DNA of 64,000 nucleotides from assembly GCA_965215605.1 (NCBI GenBank), contig OZ244070.1, positions 640,001 to 704,000 on the forward strand, given 5' to 3'. Both the position numbers and the translations under genes were made by a program. This DNA is from an uncultured Candidatus Binatia bacterium (lineage in GTDB: Bacteria > Desulfobacterota > Binatia > UBA9968 > JAJDTQ01). The notes beneath the pieces are model-generated. The model was not told the origin of the DNA. It saw only the letters and a program-made list of their open reading frames with translations, and made no database searches. This document shows positions 59,936-64,000 of this stretch, piece after piece. Position 1 is the first letter of the stretch; the number at the start of each line of letters is the position of its first letter.

Positions 59936-60951
59936 GGCTCACCGTCGGAGCCGGCCGGCAGCTTGTAGCTGATGGCCAGGCGAACGGTCAGAGGGCCCGG
60001 AGTCGCGCGGGCGGGCACGGGACCGAAGGGCGCGGACTCCCTGACGTTGCGAAGGGCTTCCACATCCAGCACGATGAAGCCGGACGATTCGGACAACTCG
60101 ACGCCGGCGAGTTCGCCATTCTCGCTCACGGCAACCACAAGAGCGACAGTTCCCTGCTGACCCGTTCGCCTGGCGTAGGCCGGATATCGCGTTTGGCCGC
60201 CGATCTTCCTCTTGAGGGATTCGACGTAAGCCCACTCCCGGGGATTGTCCGCCGCGGACCGGGGCTGGGCTTGCGCCACGTGGACCGATGGCTCCGGCGG
60301 TTCCACGGGCTGGGTTGCCGGGCCCGGCACGGGCGATTCTACAGGCGCCGGCGGCTCCTCGGTCCGGAGTGCCTCCCCGGGTGCCGGCGACGGCTCCCCG
60401 GGCGCTTTCTGACCGGCGGCCTCGAGACGCGCGCGGATTCGCTCCACCGCCTGATCGACGGGCGAAAGGCGGGCCGGCGTCTTCGCCGCGGGTTTCTCTT
60501 GAGACGGGGCGGCCGCCGGCTCTTCGGGCTTGTTGACCAGCCGCGTCAGCATCCCGATTCGCTTCCGCGCCAGCGCGGCGCCGGCCTCGTGCCCCAACCG
60601 CCGGTAGACCCCCAGGACCCTGTAGTAGGCTTTCAGGGCATCCAGCGGCCGGCCCCGGAGCAGCTCCACTTCTCCCTTGTTGTGAAGCGCCAACGCCAGC
60701 GGCAGCTTGTCTTCCAGTTGCTCGGCCAGCGTCACCGCATCGTCCAGCCGGTTCAGCGCCTCGGGGTAACGCTCCGCCCGCGCGCTGCCGCGGGCCTCCA
60801 CGATCATGGCGTAGGCCTGCTTTTCCAACTCGGCGGCGGGCAACCCCTCCGGGTTGGCCCGCGCGTGCTCGGCCGTGACACCGCCGGCGAGCGCCAGCAA
60901 CAGCGCGGCGCGCATGAGGCGGCGCCAAGGGAACGGGTGGTGCTGGATCAT
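59932..60951 (-). CDS. TonB C-terminal domain protein with N-terminal TPR
   Basis: YP..AR..G.QG.V, SSG...LD..A, PF.P.P; LALALHNKG TPR. Confidence 0.8.
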   Translation of the reverse strand: MIQHHPFPWRRLMRAALLLALAGGVTAEHARANPEGLPAAELEKQAYAMIVEARGSARAERYPEALNRLDDAVTLAEQLEDKLPLALALHNKGEVELLRGRPLDALKAYYRVLGVYRRLGHEAGAALARKRIGMLTRLVNKPEEPAAAPSQEKPAAKTPARLSPVDQAVERIRARLEAAGQKAPGEPSPAPGEALRTEEPPAPVESPVPGPATQPVEPPEPSVHVAQAQPRSAADNPREWAYVESLKRKIGGQTRYPAYARRTGQQGTVALVVAVSENGELAGVELSESSGFIVLDVEALRNVRESAPFGPVPARATPGPLTVRLAISYKLPAGSDGEP

Positions 60952-61003
60952 GCCTCTGCTTCTCGCTCGTCCAGCGGCACGGCGCGCCTGCGGCCAGGGC
61001 GCA

Positions 61004-61822
61004 CTAGTGTTCCCCTCTTCCCAGGGCTTCCGAACGTTCCGTGGCCTGCACGACCGCGTCGATGACCGTCGCGCGAAACGCGCCCTGTTCGAGGGCGAAA
61101 AGCCCCGCGGCGGTGGTTCCGGCCGGGGACGTAACGGCGTCCCGCAATTCCGCCAGATGCGCGCCGGCGTCTCGGGCCATGGCGGCGGACCCGTACACCG
61201 TCTGAAGCGCCAGCTTCAGGGCGACGTCCCGGCTGAGCCCCATCTGAACGCCGGCGGCGGCGAGGGACTCGATGAAAAGAAAGACGTAGGCCGGCCCGCT
61301 CCCGCTCAACCCCGTGACGGCGTCGAGTTGATGTTCCTCCACGGCAACCGCGACCCCGACGCTCGAAAGAATCTTGCCCACCCTTTCGAGGTCCTCATCC
61401 CTGGCCCACCGGCCTCCCGCATACGCGGACGCCGCCTGACCCACCAGACACGGCGTGTTGGGCATGACCCGGACCACGCGCGTACCATCGGGCAACAACC
61501 CCTCGATGCGACTCAACGGCACCCCGGCCGCGATGGAAACCAGCAGCCTGCCTTCCAGCGGCGCCACGGCGAGCTCCTTCAGAACACCGTCCATGACCTG
61601 GGGCTTCACCGCCAGCACCACGATGTCCGACGATTCCACCAAGCCGATGTTGTCTTTCATGAAATGGACGCCGGTTTCCTCGACGAGAGCCTTCCCCAAC
61701 GCCTCGACGGGATCGCTGGCGGCCAGGTGGCTCCGGTCCACCAGCCCGGCCTTGAGTATCCCCTTGATGATGGCGCTGCCCATCTTGCCGGCGCCGATGA
61801 ACCCGATCTTGTCGTCGAGCAT
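61004..61822 (-). CDS. proC: Pyrroline-5-carboxylate reductase
   Basis: GAGKMG, RVMPNTP, SGSGPAY, VTSPAGTT. Confidence 0.96.
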   Translation of the reverse strand: MLDDKIGFIGAGKMGSAIIKGILKAGLVDRSHLAASDPVEALGKALVEETGVHFMKDNIGLVESSDIVVLAVKPQVMDGVLKELAVAPLEGRLLVSIAAGVPLSRIEGLLPDGTRVVRVMPNTPCLVGQAASAYAGGRWARDEDLERVGKILSSVGVAVAVEEHQLDAVTGLSGSGPAYVFLFIESLAAAGVQMGLSRDVALKLALQTVYGSAAMARDAGAHLAELRDAVTSPAGTTAAGLFALEQGAFRATVIDAVVQATERSEALGRGEH

Positions 61823-61927
61823 GGAAGCCTCCTTGCGGACCATGCGCGGACCGTCGCCGTTCGAACGTCTTCGCGGAAACGCCGGACGCGCCCGTGAGCA
61901 AGGCGCATGCCCCGGCCGTGGGAGCCG

Positions 61928-62326
61928 CTACACGGTCTTGAGCTGTACGGTGCCTTGCGCCACGCCGCGGATGTAGCCCTCGAACCCCTGGGGCGAGAAG
62001 GTCCAGGTCAGCCACAGGGGCTCGTCTTCGTCGTTGACGAAACCGTGGTTGGTCTTGGGGGGTATGAACACGACGGAACCCGGCACGATCTCTGCGGTGT
62101 CGTCTCCGACCGTGGCGACGGCACGGCCGCCGATCACGAAGAGGATCTCTTCGGCCTCGTCGTGCGAGTGCAGGGGAATCTTGCTGTGAGGATCCACCTG
62201 CTGCAGGCCCATGGAGAACTGGCGGGTCCCGGTCGTGCCCGGCTCGACGCACGGGTACAGGGTACGCGGCGCCTCGCCTTCGATGCGGACGACTTCAGCT
62301 TCATCCTTGGAAAAGAAGTACTTCAT
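61928..62326 (-). CDS. Cupin-2 domain protein
   Basis: HSH..EE and P...H motifs. Confidence 0.82.
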   Translation of the reverse strand: MKYFFSKDEAEVVRIEGEAPRTLYPCVEPGTTGTRQFSMGLQQVDPHSKIPLHSHDEAEEILFVIGGRAVATVGDDTAEIVPGSVVFIPPKTNHGFVNDEDEPLWLTWTFSPQGFEGYIRGVAQGTVQLKTV

Positions 62327-62368
62327 GGCGTCCTCCTCGGGTTTCCGCCGGCAGGGTGGGTCAGGATA

Positions 62369-62794
62369 CTAGTAACTCTCCTCTTCCGTGTCCGTCGTCG
62401 TGAGCCGGCGAAAGGTTCGATCCTCGTCGAAGTTCTTCGTCATGCGGGATTCCTTCTCCAGCCCTTCCTGGCAGCGCACGCACAAGCGCGTGAACGGCAT
62501 CACCTTGAGCCGGCCGACCCCGATATCTTCCCCGCACTCGTCGCAGATGCCGTAGGAACCCTCGCCGAGCCGGAGCAGCGCGTCCTCGATGGCCATGAGT
62601 TTCGCCCGTTCGCGATCGTTCAGTATCATGTTGATTTCACGATCCCGCTCGTCGCTGGCCAGATCGTAGGTGTCGCGTCCCTCGTCCTTGGAGCTCTCCA
62701 CCTCGTGCTTGAGCCGGTCCGGGATATCCTCCAACAGTTGACCCTTCATGCCGAGAAGGGTCTCCCGGAATTTCTTCAGAACGTCTTTCCTCAT
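62369..62794 (-). CDS. dksA: DksA/TraR C4-zinc-finger RNA polymerase-binding protein
   Basis: DxxDxA coiled-coil tip (DTYDLA), CDEC...CVRC. Confidence 0.85.
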   Translation of the reverse strand: MRKDVLKKFRETLLGMKGQLLEDIPDRLKHEVESSKDEGRDTYDLASDERDREINMILNDRERAKLMAIEDALLRLGEGSYGICDECGEDIGVGRLKVMPFTRLCVRCQEGLEKESRMTKNFDEDRTFRRLTTTDTEEESY

Positions 62795-62897
62795 TGTCGT
62801 CTCTCCTGGAAGCGACTCAATTCACCACTATTTCGAGTCGGAGTCAATACGGGAGACGGGGCCGCCACCGTCGAGTCTTGCCAAATGGTACGCGACC

Positions 62898-63620
62898 CTA
62901 AGAGCCAAACTCAACGATATCAACGTCTTGCGGTGTCCGCAATTCGAACAGCGCCGGATCCAGCCCTACCCCGTGGCGGACGTTTTCGAAACGGAAAGTC
63001 CAGCGATTGCCCGCCGAATCCTCGATCAGGATTTGTCGGATATCATGACTGTCCGGCGCGACCGAGAGCTGGATCTCGCCCACGCCGGTGTTGGCCTTGC
63101 GGGGAAAGAGCTTCAGCACGTGGGCGTCCGGCGTGGAGGCCGTCAACTCGGCGCTGAAATCCCGGTCGAGATCGCCGATGCCCAGCAGAAAGGAGAGCGG
63201 AAGGTCGGATCGAAACACCGATTCAAGGGCGGTCTTGATCACCTGCCGTTCGGCCGGCTGATAGAAGTAGAGGGCGCGCCCGTCGGACAACACGAACTGC
63301 CCGGCGGGCTCCTCGTAACGCCACAGCATCTTCGCCGGCTTGCTGAAGTAGACCCGGCCCTCGCCCTCGATGCGCCGGTTGAGGGTACGGTACTCGGTGG
63401 TCTGGCGGAAGTCGGCGCTGTAGTCCCGCGTGGCATCGTAGCGACGCTGCACTTCCCGGACGATTCCGGCGGCTTCCTGCGCGCGGGGACCCTGCAACGG
63501 CAGCAACAGGATCGCGGCGCACAGTGCCGCCGCGGTCCAGCCGGGGAAGACTGCCACGCCGCCGCTCACGAGGAGGGCACCTCCGGCGCCGCGGCCACCC
63601 CCCGGTCTGTTCGTCTCCAT
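62898..63620 (-). CDS. lolA: Outer-membrane lipoprotein carrier protein
   Basis: ADF.Q, KP.KM.W.Y..P, SDG..L..Y; downstream of ftsK. Confidence 0.87.
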   Translation of the reverse strand: METNRPGGGRGAGGALLVSGGVAVFPGWTAAALCAAILLLPLQGPRAQEAAGIVREVQRRYDATRDYSADFRQTTEYRTLNRRIEGEGRVYFSKPAKMLWRYEEPAGQFVLSDGRALYFYQPAERQVIKTALESVFRSDLPLSFLLGIGDLDRDFSAELTASTPDAHVLKLFPRKANTGVGEIQLSVAPDSHDIRQILIEDSAGNRWTFRFENVRHGVGLDPALFELRTPQDVDIVEFGS

Positions 63621-63623
63621 GGG

Positions 63624-64000
63624 TTACTCCTCGACCTTCTGCGCCAGGACCTCGCGCGGCCTGGCTCCATCCGCCGGTCCCACCACGCCGTCCCGCTCCA
63701 TCTTCTCGATCATGCGCGCCGCGCGGTTGTAACCCACCCTGAGGCGTCGCTGCACCATGGAAATGGACGCCTGGCGGGTCTCCGTCACCACCGCCACGGC
63801 CTGATCATACATCTCGTCGTAGTCGTCGTCCGTGTTGAGGAGGTCGCCGTTGGCATCGTCCCGGGCCTCCAGGATCTCCGGGCGGTACTGGGGCCGTCCC
63901 TGCTGCTTGATGAACTCGGTGACCTTGCGGACCTCCCTGTCCGACACGAAGGGACCGTGAAGCCGGATCAACCGCGCCGTTCCCGGCGGCAGGAAAAGCA
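63624..64000 (-). CDS. ftsK: DNA translocase FtsK, C-terminal gamma domain (partial)
   Basis: RLHGPFVSD, ASISMVQRRLRVGYNRAAR. Confidence 0.95.
   Translation of the reverse strand, partial: LFLPPGTARLIRLHGPFVSDREVRKVTEFIKQQGRPQYRPEILEARDDANGDLLNTDDDYDEMYDQAVAVVTETRQASISMVQRRLRVGYNRAARMIEKMERDGVVGPADGARPREVLAQKVEE

Overview
High-GC bacterial chromosomal window rich in uptake and catabolic genes. The gene mix resembles an uncultured 'Deltaproteobacteria'/Binatia-like heterotroph, but that is inference. It contains: ptrB (partial); an LLM-hydrolase-LLM-molybdenum hydroxylase (S-L-M) operon preceded by a sigma70 promoter and a ~200-nt highly structured leader; cupin dioxygenases; two non-canonical M20 enzymes; an OM barrel/MMPL/LolA-like cassette; ABC, TAXI-TRAP and TTT transporters; and housekeeping genes (sfsA, dacB, xth, proC, dksA, lolA, ftsK partial). 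The strongest hidden signal is an orphan GrdE/GrdB-like pair. Its GrdB is split in the ORF track by an in-frame TGA followed 11 nt later by a 17-nt SECIS-like hairpin. The active site reads U-x-x-S-x-x-S instead of U-x-x-C-x-x-C, and the GrdE partner lacks the usual cleavage Cys. Two decayed accessory islets (48-49.4 kb and 55.2-58.9 kb) hold intact higBA and vapBC plus remnants of hsdM, two broken TA pairs, an IS3-like scar and an S24-like domain. Other pseudogene remnants (livG/livF, a MetE-like fragment) and REP-like palindromes are scattered through the window. All calls come from reading the sequence and recognising motifs; no database searches were run.
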